Assembly (NCBI GenBank): GCA_963833985.1
Contig: CAWIAD010000002.1
Span: 288,001-352,000 of the forward strand
Source: an uncultured Planctomycetaceae bacterium
GTDB lineage: Bacteria > Planctomycetota > Planctomycetia > Isosphaerales > Isosphaeraceae
Length of the DNA stretch: 64,000 nucleotides
Direction: 5' to 3'
Part shown: one piece after another, positions 1-11,896 of the stretch
How the letters are laid out: the number at the start of each line of letters is the position of its first letter
Position numbering within the stretch: position 1 is the stretch's first letter
Program-made: the position numbers and the translations under genes
Notes under the pieces: generated by a model
The model's input: only the letters and a program-made list of their open reading frames with translations
What the model was told of the DNA's origin: nothing
Database searches by the model: none

Positions 1-1
1 T

Positions 2-397
2 TACCGCTTCTGGCAGGTCGGCTCCTGGAAACCAGGATCCGTGATCCGGCGAGAGAACCCGGGGGCGTACCATGGACCCATGGCATTCTCCCGGGACGGC
101 CGGATGCTCGCGATTGCCCTCTCGCAGCAGCAGATGCTCCTGATCGATCTGATCAACCGGCGCGAGCTGACCACCCTGACCGCTCCCGACGCCCGTCCGC
201 TCTCTCGTCTCTGCTTCAATCATAACGGCACCGAGCTGGCGGCATCGAATGACAATCACGTGGTCCAGCTCTGGGACCTGCTCATGATCCGTCGTCAATT
301 GACGAGCATGGGCCTTGACTGGGATCTCCCGCCGGAACAGTCTCTCGCTCAGGAGTTCCAGCCACCCCACTCTCGACCCCGCCGGGAGAGCTGGTGA
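2..397 (+). CDS. 3' end of a WD40-repeat protein (probably a planctomycete Ser/Thr kinase-WD40 protein), partial
   Basis: WD40-like blades 'MAFSRDGRMLA', 'LCFNHNGTELA..VVQLWDL'; C-terminal 'IRRQLTSMGLDWD' tail; frame is open to the window edge. Confidence 0.75.
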   Translation, partial: YRFWQVGSWKPGSVIRRENPGAYHGPMAFSRDGRMLAIALSQQQMLLIDLINRRELTTLTAPDARPLSRLCFNHNGTELAASNDNHVVQLWDLLMIRRQLTSMGLDWDLPPEQSLAQEFQPPHSRPRRESW

Positions 398-604
398 TGG
401 CGCCCGGTGTGACTCAGTGCGAATTCCCGCCACGACACGGACCGACAGAAAGCGAACCGCCTGAACCAAGCCCACCTTGTCGCGGTCTTTGAGCCTTTGA
501 TCACCGATGGGCATCAAACTCCTCGGCGTTCGTTCTCGCAGCCAGCTCCTCGTGGGGGCCGTTGGTCACCGACCTGGGTGTTGCTGTTTTGCCGAGCACG
601 GCCT

Positions 605-2012
605 TCAGTTGCCATCATACGCGTCGTGCTGACGGCGGCGGTTGGACGTGAACTCCTCGACGGTGCCGCGCGTGATGACTTCATACAGGATGGCTTCCTT
701 GTCGCCCGACTTCCGGAGGATGCGGCCCAGGCGCTGGACGTGCTCGCGGACCGAGCCCGATCCGGAGAGAATGATGGCCACGTTGGCCTCGGGAACGTTG
801 ACCCCCTCGTTGAGCACCTTCGATGTCGCAACGATGGGGTAGGCTCCGCTGTTAAACCGGAGCAGGACCTCCCTCCGCTCCTTGGTCTTGGTCTGGTGCG
901 TGATCACGGGCACGAGGAACTGGCGGGCGATGGTATACACCGTTGCGTTGTCGTGCGTGAAGATGATCACGCGGTCGCCATTGTGCCGCTCCAGCAGGCG
1001 GGCCAGCAGGCTCAGCTTTGCCGGCGCGGCCAGGGCCAGCGTGCGCTGTTCGCGATAGGCATGGAACGCCTCACGCCCCTCGGGTGACCGAAAGGCCAGG
1101 TAGAGGAACCGGCTCCAGCCCTCGGGCTTGCTCATGCTGATGCCCGACTGCTGCACAAAACCCCGGTACAGCTCACGCGCACGCTCGTAGCGGATGCGTT
1201 CCTCCTCGCCGAGCGCGACATACAACGTGATCACCCGGTACTCGGCCAGGAACTGGCCCTTCAGCTCGCTGATCTCGCGGCGGAAGACGGTCTCGCCGAT
1301 GAGCTGCTCGAGATGGGTATGGGCGTGATCGGCGCGTTCCGGAGTGGCTGTCAACCCCAGGCGAAACGGGGCAATCGCGGAGGTGGCCGCCAGGCCATAA
1401 GTCGGACCGGGAAGGTGGTGGCACTCGTCGAAGACGATCAGGCCGAAGCGGTTTCCCAGCCGCTCCATGTGCAGGTAGGCCGAGTCGTACGTGGTCACGG
1501 ACAGCGGTCGCACGTCGTAGTAGCCGCCGCCGATGAGCCCGACCTCGGTACCGAAACTCATGGCCAGCTCGTCGTACCACTGGTTCATGAGATCGATGGT
1601 GGGCGTGATCACGAGCGCAGGGCGGCCAGCTTTCTCGATGGCCAGGCTTGCCAGGTGAGTCTTGCCGGTCCCCGTGGGCAGGACGACGACGCCGCGGCCG
1701 CCTCGCTGCCACCAGGCTTGCAGACCCTCCACCTGGTGTGGAAAGGCTTCCTTCGATACCTGGAGCTTCCAGGGAACCGGGGCGTAGGCGCTGCGCCTCG
1801 TCACTGTAGGCGATACCCTGCTTGCGCATCAACTCGACGAGCGGGCGGTACCAGATCGCCTCGGCGCGAAAGACCCTGGTGCGGTTGTCATACTTGAGTC
1901 CAGGGAGCCCTGGCTCCTCGTCCTGGTCCAGCCCTTCCACCACAAGCGTGCCGGCGTCAAAGCTGAGCCGCAGGGGGGTGCCGGCAGCGGGTCGAGACGC
2001 GGCAGCCGTCAT
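605..2012 (-). CDS. XPB/Rad25-like SF2 DExH helicase (frameshift near 1795)
   Basis: Walker A LPTGTGKT, DECHH, GLTAT, EGVNVP, QRLGRILR; N-terminus 'MTAAASRP...LSFDAGTL...FRAEAIWY' lies in another frame from ATG 2012. Confidence 0.85.
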
Positions 2013-2408
2013 GAGCCGGAAGCTCCCGGATCGGCCGCGGCCGGTCTCGTGCGCTGGATCGGGCCGGCCGTGGATTCCAGGCAATCCCGGGCATCGTGCT
2101 CCGGCCGACGGTGGAAGTGCTTCATCGTCATTCCGGCGCCAGCCGGGGATGAGGTGGCCATGAAAAGAACCCTGTCCTCGCAGCTCTCTGCAAGCGCGGA
2201 GCGGGCGGCACCAGCAGCAGCAGCGAACGACCGCCTCGACAGCGATGCAACACTCCGAATCTTCGAGTGTACCCGGGTTCATGACATTCCGCGAGGCCGC
2301 CCCGAAAGCCTGCTGAAAACAGAATCGGGAGGGCGGCCAAGGCGGAACGCCGGGGCCGGCGCTCCCGATAGCCTGCATGAGCAGGAATCTCCATCTGCGA
2401 CCGCTGCG

Positions 2409-2922
2409 TTAACGCCTGCGGATCCAGCGCAGGGATGCCACGGCGGCGATGCCGATGCCGCTCAGGACGATCGAGGCAGGTTCAGGAACCGCAGGGCCGT
2501 TGGACGTTTCCGAGCTCGGAGTCGACGCGACGACCACAGAACCGATCGGAGGCGCTGATCGGGGAGCCCACATTGCTCAACCACACGGCCGAGCTGAGCG
2601 TCACCGGGTTTGTCGTCTCGAACGTGAACGTGAGAACTCCAGTCAGGTAAGGCAGAGGACTGGCGAAGCCGATCTCGACACCGGTGCCGCCGTCGATGGC
2701 CTTCGTGGTGGTCGCGATGCCAGAGCTGAAGAGGACCGTGATGTCGGCGACCGTGCCGCCTGTGTTCAGGAAGGTCGCGTCAAAGCCGGTCGCGGCCTTG
2801 CCGGACTCATTGATGGTCGTGACGGTCGTCAGCGAGCCCGCACGTACGGGGGCCGCCAGAGCGAGACTGCAAGTGATGACCATGGCCAGGGCCAGGGCCA
2901 CTGCAAACGGGCGACTGAGCAT
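2409..2922 (-). CDS. PEP-CTERM sorting-domain protein (frameshift near 2555)
   Basis: GGAGG RBS, signal peptide ending 'PVRA', Thr/Ser-rich body; the shifted frame ends VPEPASIVLSGIGIAAVASLRWIRRR*. Confidence 0.85.
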
Positions 2923-3371
2923 TCTGAGCCTCCAGGAGCCTGTGGCGGGGACGAAAGTCGGGCGGAGAGGAACCCAGGCGGATTCCTCGCGCCGACTCCG
3001 CATTCCACCGCGTATGTCCTCCGCAACGCCGAGGATCACATCCGCGGAGCAAGCCCGCCGCGTTGCGCTGTCGATCGACACCATGCCGATCTCGGTTGCG
3101 CTTCTTCATCCCACGGACTTTCCGTGTGATGATTTCAGCCGCTCACGACACGCAGGTCAATTTCTCGATGTCAAGAATGTACAAGGTTGCATCTGGTGAA
3201 CCGAGATGATGGTTTGCTGCATCGCAGGCGCTGCGATTGTGCACCCGTTGTCAGCCCGCGCGGCACCGGATCGAACACTTTCGCCCTTCCAGGGTGCAGG
3301 CTAAGATCGAACTGGCTCATCAAGGTCGGCACGCGCTGCCTCCGCACTCGCGGTCCGGATAGGAGTTGAAC

Positions 3372-6300
3372 ATGTTGCTACTGGCGCCCTGGCGCTGCTG
3401 ACGTTGGCCGTGGCGTTCGACCCCGCGATTCCGCTGACCGGGACGGTCGAGGACCGTACCGGCCGGCCGGTGGCCGGGGCCGTGGTCTGGCTGGGCGACA
3501 CGAATGCGACCCGGGACGGTCCCCAGGTCCTGGCGACGGGGATCACCGACAGCCGTGGCCGGTTCCGGCTGGAACGGGCCGCCGGGCTGGCCGGCCGGGG
3601 CACGACCTGGTCGCCCACGCTCTGGGCTTACAGCCCTGGCCTGCGCGTCGCCTTCCTCGAGTTCAAGGCCCGGTTGCCGGCAGCCGGAGACTCGGTCCAC
3701 CTGGTGCTCGGCCCGCCGGCAGCGGCGGCGCTGCGGGTGCTGCGGCCCGACGGCACCCCAGCAATTGGCGTCAGGGTCTGCCTCGTGGATACCTGCCTGG
3801 AGGCTCCCAGACCGCCGGACGGGTTGATCGAGAAGCTGGCCGTAACGACGGACGCCCTCGGCCGGTGCACCATCGACGGCTTCGCCCAGACGGATATCGA
3901 AGCCGTCGACGTCACCGCTCGGGGCCAGCTCGTTCAGTGCCTGCCCATCGATCCGGTAACCGGAACCGTCACGCTCCGCCCGCTGGGCCGGCTCACCGTG
4001 CAGGTCATCGCGGACGATCCCGCGGCGCTGGCGGGCTGGAAGATCACGCTCTGGTCGCAGGCGACCGAGCCGGGCGAGTCTGGTCCGGCGAGCACTCAGT
4101 GGCGCAAGAGTCCACCGGGGCGGACGGCCGTGCCAGCTTCCCGCCGCTGGCCGCCGGCCGGGTCCTCTGGAAGGTCGAGCCCCCCGCCGAGACGAACTAC
4201 CTGGTCGCGGAGCTGCCGCGGGCGACCATCCGCCCGGGCGCGACCGAGGCCGTGGAGATCAAGACCCTGCGCGCCGTCCGGGTGGAAGGGACCGTCGTCG
4301 AGGAACCGGGGGGCGTGCCCGTTGCCGGCGTGACCGTCGAAGTCAATTCGCTCAAGCACCTCACCGGCGCTGCCCATTTGGTGGTCACCGACGCTCACGG
4401 GCGCTTCTCCACTGCGGTCTTGCCTGGTCCCGCACGTTTCAGCTTCTGGGCTGATCGTATGCCGAAGACACACTTCCTGCCTCCGAACATCCCTGACTGG
4501 GTCGATTTCCAGGTGCCGGAGGGCGCCCGGCGGCAGGAGTTTAATCCTCCCCGGCTTCATCGCGCCGAGCAGGTGCGGGGCCGCGTCGTGGACGAGGCGG
4601 GCAAGCCGGTCCCCGGCGCAGTGGTCGCGGGAACCTGGATCTCGGGCGAGTTTGGAGCCAACCCGAACTCGATCCGCGTCCAGAGCGATGCCCACGGCGA
4701 CTTCGTGCTGGGCAGCATCGCACCGAGATCGAAAGTCGAGCTCTCAGCGTCGACCGGCCTGACGGCGGAGTCGGAACCTCTCACGGTCCTATCACCCGCG
4801 GCGGATCAGCGGGTCAGCCTGGTCCTGAGGATGCGTCCGACCCTGGCCCTCGACGGCCGCGTACTCGGAACCGACGGCCGCCCACTGGCCGACGCCGTGA
4901 TCCACGTGATGATCCGGCCGGCCAACCAGCCATTCCATCTGGTGAACGAATTCGCATTCTTTCGCGCAGGGCCGATCCGGACGGACCGCGCCGGTCGGTA
5001 CAGGACTCCCGATCAAATCCCAATGGATTGCGACTACCGGGTCGCGGCCCGTGCACCAGGATATGAGCCCGGGGAATCACCCTGGGTGACCGCGCCGCGC
5101 ACCGAGGTCCCAGACGTGAAACTTCGCCCGGCCCCTGCGCTGCGTATGCTCACCGGGCAGGTGGTTGATTCCTCTGGCAAACCGCTTACCGGGGCCGAAG
5201 TGTACCAGTCGGGTGATGGTCCCAGGAAGACGCGGGGGAGCACCGGCAGCGACGGCCGGTACCGCGTGGCCGGCGTGGCCGGAACGCCGGCGTTTCTCTT
5301 CGTGGCGAAGGAAGGTTACCATTTCGTGGGCCGGCTGGTCGAACCGGCCGATCACTCGGCCGATTTCACTCTGCGTCGGCTCGACGAGCCATCCGGAACG
5401 GTGCTCCACCAGGCGGCCCGGCCGCTCGGTCGCGAGGAGGAGCGCGCCATCGCCCGGGCCCTGATCGCCGAGACGCGCAAGGCATGCGGCAATAACAAGC
5501 GCGCGCTCGAGCAGTATCGTGTCCTCGAGATCAATGCCCTGGCCGATCCTGATTCGACCATCGAGATGATCGAGAACCAGACGGTCGAGGCAGGGAAGGC
5601 CGTACTGGTGGCCCTGGCGATTGCCCGGTTCGAGGACGACCCGAAGAAGTCACTCGAGATCCTGGAGGCCATCGATGCTCCGGACACCGCGGCCGCCGTC
5701 GCCCTGGGCGTCTTTGACCGGCTGGGAGCCAGCGCCACGCCCGGTTTCCGCCGTACCCTGCTGGATCGCGCGGCGAGCCTGGCCCGCGCGGCCAGCGATT
5801 CGGGCCAGGCGGCCGGTCTGCTGGCGCAGGTGGCCGATCGCCGGTTCGACCTCGGCGAGGCCGAGCAAGGCGCGGTCCTCATCCGGGCGGCGCGTGCGCT
5901 GGCGGACAGGCCACAGGATCGATCTCAGGTCGGCCCTGCCGCGGACCTGGCGCCAACGCTGTCACGCATCGACCTGCCCTCGGCCCTCAAGCTGGTGGAG
6001 CATCTGACCGGAGACCCACAGCGGCTGAGCGCGGTCAGGATCAAGATCGCCGAGCGCATCGCCGCCACCGACCCGGCCGGGGCACGGCACATGCTCGGCC
6101 TGATCGAGGACCACGAGCAGCCCGCAGCCCGGTGGCTCGTATGCCTGCGGATGGCGGCACAAAATCTGGCAGCGGCCCGCGCCCTGGCGTCCGAGGACCG
6201 CGATCCGGAGCTGAAGGCGCTTCTGCCGGCCGCGGCTGCCCAGGCACGCGTGAGCACCGATCCCGAGGGAGCCAGGACCCTGCTGCGCCAGGCCGTGAAA

Positions 6301-6867
6301 CAGCTCGAGCAGATTGATGCAGGGCAGGAACTCCGAGTCTCGCCAGCCGTGGCTCTTGCCCGCCTGTTACCGCTGGCGGTCCGTGTCGACCCCGAGCGCG
6401 CGGCGGACCTGCTCTGGCTCGCTCTGGCACGACGGCCCGCGGTCAGGGAGCTTCCCGAGTCGACGTTCATGCGCGACAATCTCCGCCGACAATACCTGGA
6501 GCGGGCCGAGCTGGCGGCCCTCGTGGCCCGTTTCGACCGGCGGGCGGCCGAGGCCGTCCTCGCGCCCGTGGCTGCCCGGCTGGCCGGGCTGTTCGATGAA
6601 ACCTGGGGGCTGGGAACCGAGGGCCCGGCGATCTTCCGCGCCGCGGGAGCATTCGACGCCCGGGCTGCCAGGCACCTGGTCGAGGCCGTGCCGGAAGATC
6701 CCCCTGCGGATGACAGCGCCGCGAACAGCGGAACCATCGTTCGCCACCACAGCAAGACACAGTCCCGACTCGCCCTCGCCGAGGTGATCGCCCTGCCCGA
6801 GAGCCTGCGGCTGCGGTTGCTCTTCCCGGCCAGCGGTCACGGCACGTGGATCGATCTTGAAAACTGA
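3372..6867 (+). CDS. Large secreted protein with repeated carboxypeptidase-regulatory-like (transthyretin-like) domains and a C-terminal alpha-helical repeat region (frameshifts near 3385 and 4100)
   Basis: Repeated 'G.V.D..G.PV.GA.V...TD..GRF' units; AGGAG RBS before ATG 3372; joins ORFs 3404-4333 and 3865-6867. Confidence 0.7.
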
Positions 6868-6918
6868 TGTCCGTGTCCGCCGGGCAGCACCCTCCAGACC
6901 CCGCAAAGGAAGCTCGCC

Positions 6919-9359
6919 ATGCTGCCGTTCGACAGTTCGACCGCTCTTCTCCGGGCCGCCCTCGCTGCCTTTCTGTGGACGATCGTATCCGCCGGCCGCG
7001 GTATGGGTGCTCCGGCCGAGGAGACAGCCCTGCCCACACCGCCGCGCCAGGGCGCGCCGTGGGCCTCTCCCCGGACGAACCTGCCGAAGTTCGTGGTCTC
7101 CGCCACCGCGATCCTCTGCGAACAGGGACTCGCCGACCCCCGGGGTTGCGAGTACCGGACGATTCACATCGTGGCGGGCACCGTCTGGGGTCAGGGGCAA
7201 GAAGCTGTCACGCGGGGCTGGGTCCTGCCGGTCGCTTCCGGCAAGAAGCCGACGCACGCGGTTGCCTGGAATGGACTGGTTTACCCGCTGAGTGCTGTGG
7301 ACGAGCCGGCCGACCTCGACGCCGACGCCTGCTCGATCGCTCACGCCGCCACGGCGCTCCGGGCCAGTGGTGCTGCCGGGACGCGGCCGGCCCATCAGAA
7401 CCTGTTTCTTGGCTTCGGCAGTAACAACGAGGGTTCCGCGGTGGATGTCACGTCGCTGCACCCGATCAAGGTCTGCCTGCTGCTCCGCCTTGGCAGGACC
7501 GACCTCGCCGAGCTGGTCTGGAACGAAGTGACGGGACGGCCGGCCCGACCCCGACCGCTCGGCGCGGGCCCGAAACTCGATCTCAACGCGCAAGGGCTCT
7601 CCTACCTGAGCCTGGCCCGGGACCTCGCCTGGTATCACTTCGACCGCGCCATTTGTGCGCACATGCGGGGTGATGACAGGCTCGCCCTGGCCGACGTGCG
7701 CGCACTCGACGCCCTCGCGCTGGCCGTTGATACCAGGGCCGAGGCGATGGGCTTTGGCCGACCGGACCGGCCAGTCCCGCCCGGCCAACAGGCGCCTTAT
7801 ATTGAATTCCTCGGCCAGTTGCCCGAGTTTCGCGATGACCAGGAGCGGCGGGCTCGGGAGCGAGCCAGCCCGCCGCCAGCCGTCGCGGGCGCTGGCCCCC
7901 GGGCGCGTGTCGAAAAACTGGTCCGAAGCCTGGACCAGGTGGCCGTGCGCCAGTTCAGCCAGCCCGGAGGCGTGTTTCTGGGCCAGTCGCCGATCGTCCA
8001 GGAACTCACCGCGCTGGGAGACGACGCCGTCGAGCCGCTCCTGCGCACCCTGCGATTCGACGACCGACTCACCCGATCAGTCAGCTTCCATCGCGATTTC
8101 TCCCGCAACCGCACAATCCACCCTGTCGACGAGGCGGCGTACCTTGCACTTGTGGGAATTCTCAGGACCAGCAACTTCGTCCCGCCCGATCTGGACCAGA
8201 AAGGGAGAGGCCAGCTCAACCGCGAGCAGCTCGCGGACCGGATCTGGGCCTACTGGCAGCGGAATCGCGACGTACCGGTCACCGAGCGCTGGTATCGCAC
8301 CCTGGCCGATGACCAGGCCGGTGCCGCAGCCTGGCTCGAGGCGGCCGGGAACATCATCCAGCCTGATCATGTGCGGACCATCCCCGCCAGCGGGCCGCTT
8401 TCCATGACCGTAACCGCTCCACTGAAGCCGGGCACCAGGCCGCGGATGCGGGGCGAGCCGCTCCGTGGCAAGCACGAGCCGACGGTCGCGGCGATCATGG
8501 CCGGGCGCATCGAAACGATGCTGCGGACACCCGAAGGACAGCGCTTTGAGCTCATGCAACCGTGCCAGATGGCAACGCTCCTGGCCCGGTGGGATCCCGT
8601 CGCCGCAGTGCCCACACTCCGCGAGCTCTCCCGGATCTGCCGTGAGCGATTCGCGCACGCCGGCGCGAGCCATGGCTGGCCGACCCAGAACCTGGCCGTC
8701 TGCATCGCCAGCTTCGCCCTGGCCCGGGACACGGCCGGCGACGCCGGTGCACTGCGCGAGTATGCCGGATGGATCCGGACCGTTTCCCCGGATTGGCTCG
8801 AACACCATCTCCTCGACGTGCTCGAGCCGTTGCATCGCCGGCTGGACGATCCAGACCTTGCCGCAACCGCAGCTTGGCTCTTCAATAACCCGCAATCCCC
8901 CTGGGTACCTCTACTCGGACCTCCGGGATCGAGAAATTCATCGAGTGTCGAATTACTCATCCGATCACCGATGATGCAAGTGCCAGCGTTTCGTGGGATG
9001 CTCCTGCGAGAGTTCGCCGACCGCACGCTCGTCGGCACGGCCGAAATGGCCGAGAACGGCCTTGTGCGCGTCGAGCTTGACAAGGGATACTCCATCGGTC
9101 GCAGCGCGGCCCGGGAAGACCACGATCCCCCGGCCCGGGGCACACGAACTCCAGTGCGGACATGCGATCTTTACGCCTGGGAGCTTGCGACACTGCCAGG
9201 GCGCCAGCGTTCAATCCCTGCTGGCCCGAAGCCAGGCGCAATGCCGCTTGCGAAGAGATGACGGGCTTCCTGAAGCGTCGGGAGCCTCCTGAAAAGAATC
9301 CCAACATCCCGGGTCGAGCCCATGAAGATAGCCCAGGAAGTAGCACCCGAAGGGGATGA
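6919..9359 (+). CDS. Secreted hypothetical protein with a HEAT-like central segment (frameshift near 9200)
   Basis: 780-aa ORF with signal peptide; 'ELTALGDDAVEPLLRTL' HEAT-like motif; C-terminus likely continues as 'PAFNPCWPEARRNAAC' in ORF 9162-9359. Confidence 0.6.
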
Positions 9360-10967
9360 CTCGCTCTCCTCACACCCGACGTGCACGATCTCCGCTGAGG
9401 GTCGTGCAAGTACGGCTGGCGATGCTGTGCTCTCCTGCTCGGTATTCCTTGGTGCGCTGTTGTTGATGCTCCTCAAGGCACCTGGACTGGATCATTTCCT
9501 CACCGATACAGACCACGGTATCCAGCTCTGCATGGGGACGCAGATTCTTCTGGGCAAGATCCCCAGTATCGATTTTGTGAACGCTTACGGCCCCATGGCC
9601 ATGTACACAAGCGCTCTGGGGCTTCGGCTCAGCGGTTCGCTGATCGGCGAGACCCTGCTGTGCGTACTGGGCCACGCACTTTGCCTGTTCCTCTTGTACT
9701 GGCTGGTACGCCAGCACTCCACCCGGAGCCTGGGATTGGCGGCTGCGGCAGCAGGTTTTTTTCTCCAGGCTCGCTATTACAAGTGGTACGTCTGGCTCAT
9801 CCCGCTGGGAACTCTCTGGGCGCTTCATCATTACGTGAACAGTACCAACTCCAGTCGGCAGCGGTGGGTGGTGGTCACGGGGATGGTGCTGGGGCTGAGC
9901 TGGCTGTATCGCCTGGATATGGGCACGCTGGGTTTCGCGGCCACGTTCGTTTTTCTAGCCGTTGTTGAATCTGGATGTTCCCTGCGCAGGCTGCCAGCTT
10001 GCTGGCGGATTCTAACCTTGTTCTCGGCGTCCTTCGCATGCGTACTGGCGGGCTGGTTCGCTTACCTGATGATCGCGGTGGGAATCCGAGCACCGCTGGT
10101 CTTCTTGCAGACAACCCTCGATGGAGCGCTCATGATATCACGCGGCATGGCACTGCCCCTGCCCGTGGGACGCATATTCTTGGTTGTCTACATGCTCGCG
10201 CCAGTCTTCTCGGGCTGGCCATCGCGATCGGGCTGGCCCACGAATGGTCCGGGCGAGCAGAGCCTTGTACGCGGTTTCTGCTGGCGACAGGTCTGATCGG
10301 CCTGAGCGTTTTTCATCAGGCCATGCATCGGCGGGATCCTGCCCATCTCCTCCAGGTGATGCCGCCGGTGATCGTGTCGGCATTTCTCCTCGTAGGGATG
10401 TTCCTGAGACGCAGTGCGTCGCATCGCTCCTTCCATCCCAGGCAGCTCGCGTTCGTTTTCTGCGGGGTTCTCTACTTCCTCCTGGTGCTTTACTGTGGCA
10501 TCAGGATTGCACACTGGGGGCGACAGGACCTCGCCAGCCTTTCCAGGTTTTCCACGAAACGCTACGTGGACCTGGCCGATCCGCTCGCAGCCGAGGGGCT
10601 CTCGCGAGTCAAGGCCATGCGTGCGATCCGCGAGCTGACCCAGCCCGGCGACCCGATCCTGGTTTTTCCGATCGATTGCCAGTACTACGCACTGACCGGT
10701 CGCAAGGTGAGCGGCAGGCACTGTTTCTTTTATGCTAATGTGTTCAACGACCTGCGTTTTCAGGGTGATACAATCGAGGCCATCTCGAGGGAGATGCCGG
10801 CCCTGGTCGTCGTGCCATCGATCTGTATAGATGACTTGATGGTTGGGGGAGAAGATACATTGACCGACCGTAGCCGGCTCTCGCACCAGTACCTCGAAGA
10901 TTTCATCCACGAGAATTACCCGCGAGCGGTCTTCGATGATGGAGACATCGCGCTGCTTACTCGATAA
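9322..10967 (+). CDS. Polytopic membrane protein, GT-C/ArnT-like glycosyltransferase candidate (frameshift near 10203; start uncertain)
   Basis: Many TM segments; 'DHG..L..G..IL.GK.P..DF...YGP' N-terminal loop; soluble C-terminus 'IRELTQPGDPILVFP...YYALTGR'. Confidence 0.55.
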
Positions 10968-11059
10968 CGGCGGGTGGACTACTTCAGGGACAGCCACGAC
11001 GCCGATCCGAGCGCCGGGCCTTTTGTTCTGAAGCCGGGACGGCATCGACCGGCGGGCGG

Positions 11060-11896
11060 CTATCGGCTGGCGGGCTCGCTGGCGGGCTGGTGGTGTGGCA
11101 TCGCACCGCTGCCGGTAGGCCTGCGTGCCACCGCGAAGAGTGAAGTACCGCGCGGCAGACAGCCCCACAGGGCGGGCGTCTGCTCCAGGGCGAAGGCCAG
11201 CCGCGCCGCCCAGGTGATTGGCCAGGCAGGTAATTGAAGATAACGGCGATAGACTTCCGAGGGTGATTCGCCGGGCCGTCCACGACGCGCTGCCCGCTGC
11301 CGTTTCAACGCTGGCACCAGCCACCAGCCCCACCAGAAGACACGTTCCACGACCAGCCCCGTCTGATCGAACGCGCCTTTGAGCCTTTCGGGAAGATAGC
11401 GCCTGCGGTGCCCCTGGACCTCGTCGAACTCCGTGAAGAATTCGGGCAAGGCGGGCACGCTCACGACGACGGCTCCGCCGGGACGGACCAGGTCGCCCAG
11501 TCGCTCCACGGCCGCTCTGTCGTCGTCAAGATGCTCGAGCACGTCAAGCGCCAGCACGGCATCGAAGGTCTCGACCCCCTCCGGCAGCGGCCTGGACAGG
11601 TCGGCCTCGACCAGTTCCCTGCCGGGACGCTCCAGCATTTCCAGTGCGCGACGAGAAATGTCGAGTCCGACGGCGCGGTAGCCCCGTTGTTCGAGCGATT
11701 CCAGGGTCCGGCCCCAGCCGCAGCCCACGTCGAGCACGCGCATCGGAGGCCGGATGCCCAGCCGGCGGAGCAGGGCCAGCGTCAGCTCCGCGCGCGCCTC
11801 CCACCAGGGATGGACCGCGATCAGGCCGCCGAGATCGACCAGGATATCCTCGGCCATGTTGGCGTCGGCGATGCCGTCGGACCAGCGCGTGATCAT
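11060..11896 (-). CDS. Class I SAM-dependent methyltransferase
   Basis: VLDVGCGWG, FDAVLALDVLEHL, 'VSVPA...DEVQGHRRRY'; overlaps the GT2 stop codon. Confidence 0.9.
   Translation of the reverse strand: MITRWSDGIADANMAEDILVDLGGLIAVHPWWEARAELTLALLRRLGIRPPMRVLDVGCGWGRTLESLEQRGYRAVGLDISRRALEMLERPGRELVEADLSRPLPEGVETFDAVLALDVLEHLDDDRAAVERLGDLVRPGGAVVVSVPALPEFFTEFDEVQGHRRRYLPERLKGAFDQTGLVVERVFWWGWWLVPALKRQRAARRGRPGESPSEVYRRYLQLPAWPITWAARLAFALEQTPALWGCLPRGTSLFAVARRPTGSGAMPHHQPASEPASR

Noticed and set aside
2268..2281. GTAC-N4-GTTC cyanobacterial-type SOS box upstream of the helicase
   Set aside because: Flanking bases mismatch, it lies about 255 bp from the start, and an 8-bp core is expected by chance.
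1790..2560. Shared CAGCGCC context at two frameshifts as a programmed or methylation signal
   Set aside because: Only two sites, a common word in GC-rich DNA, and the other breaks lack it.
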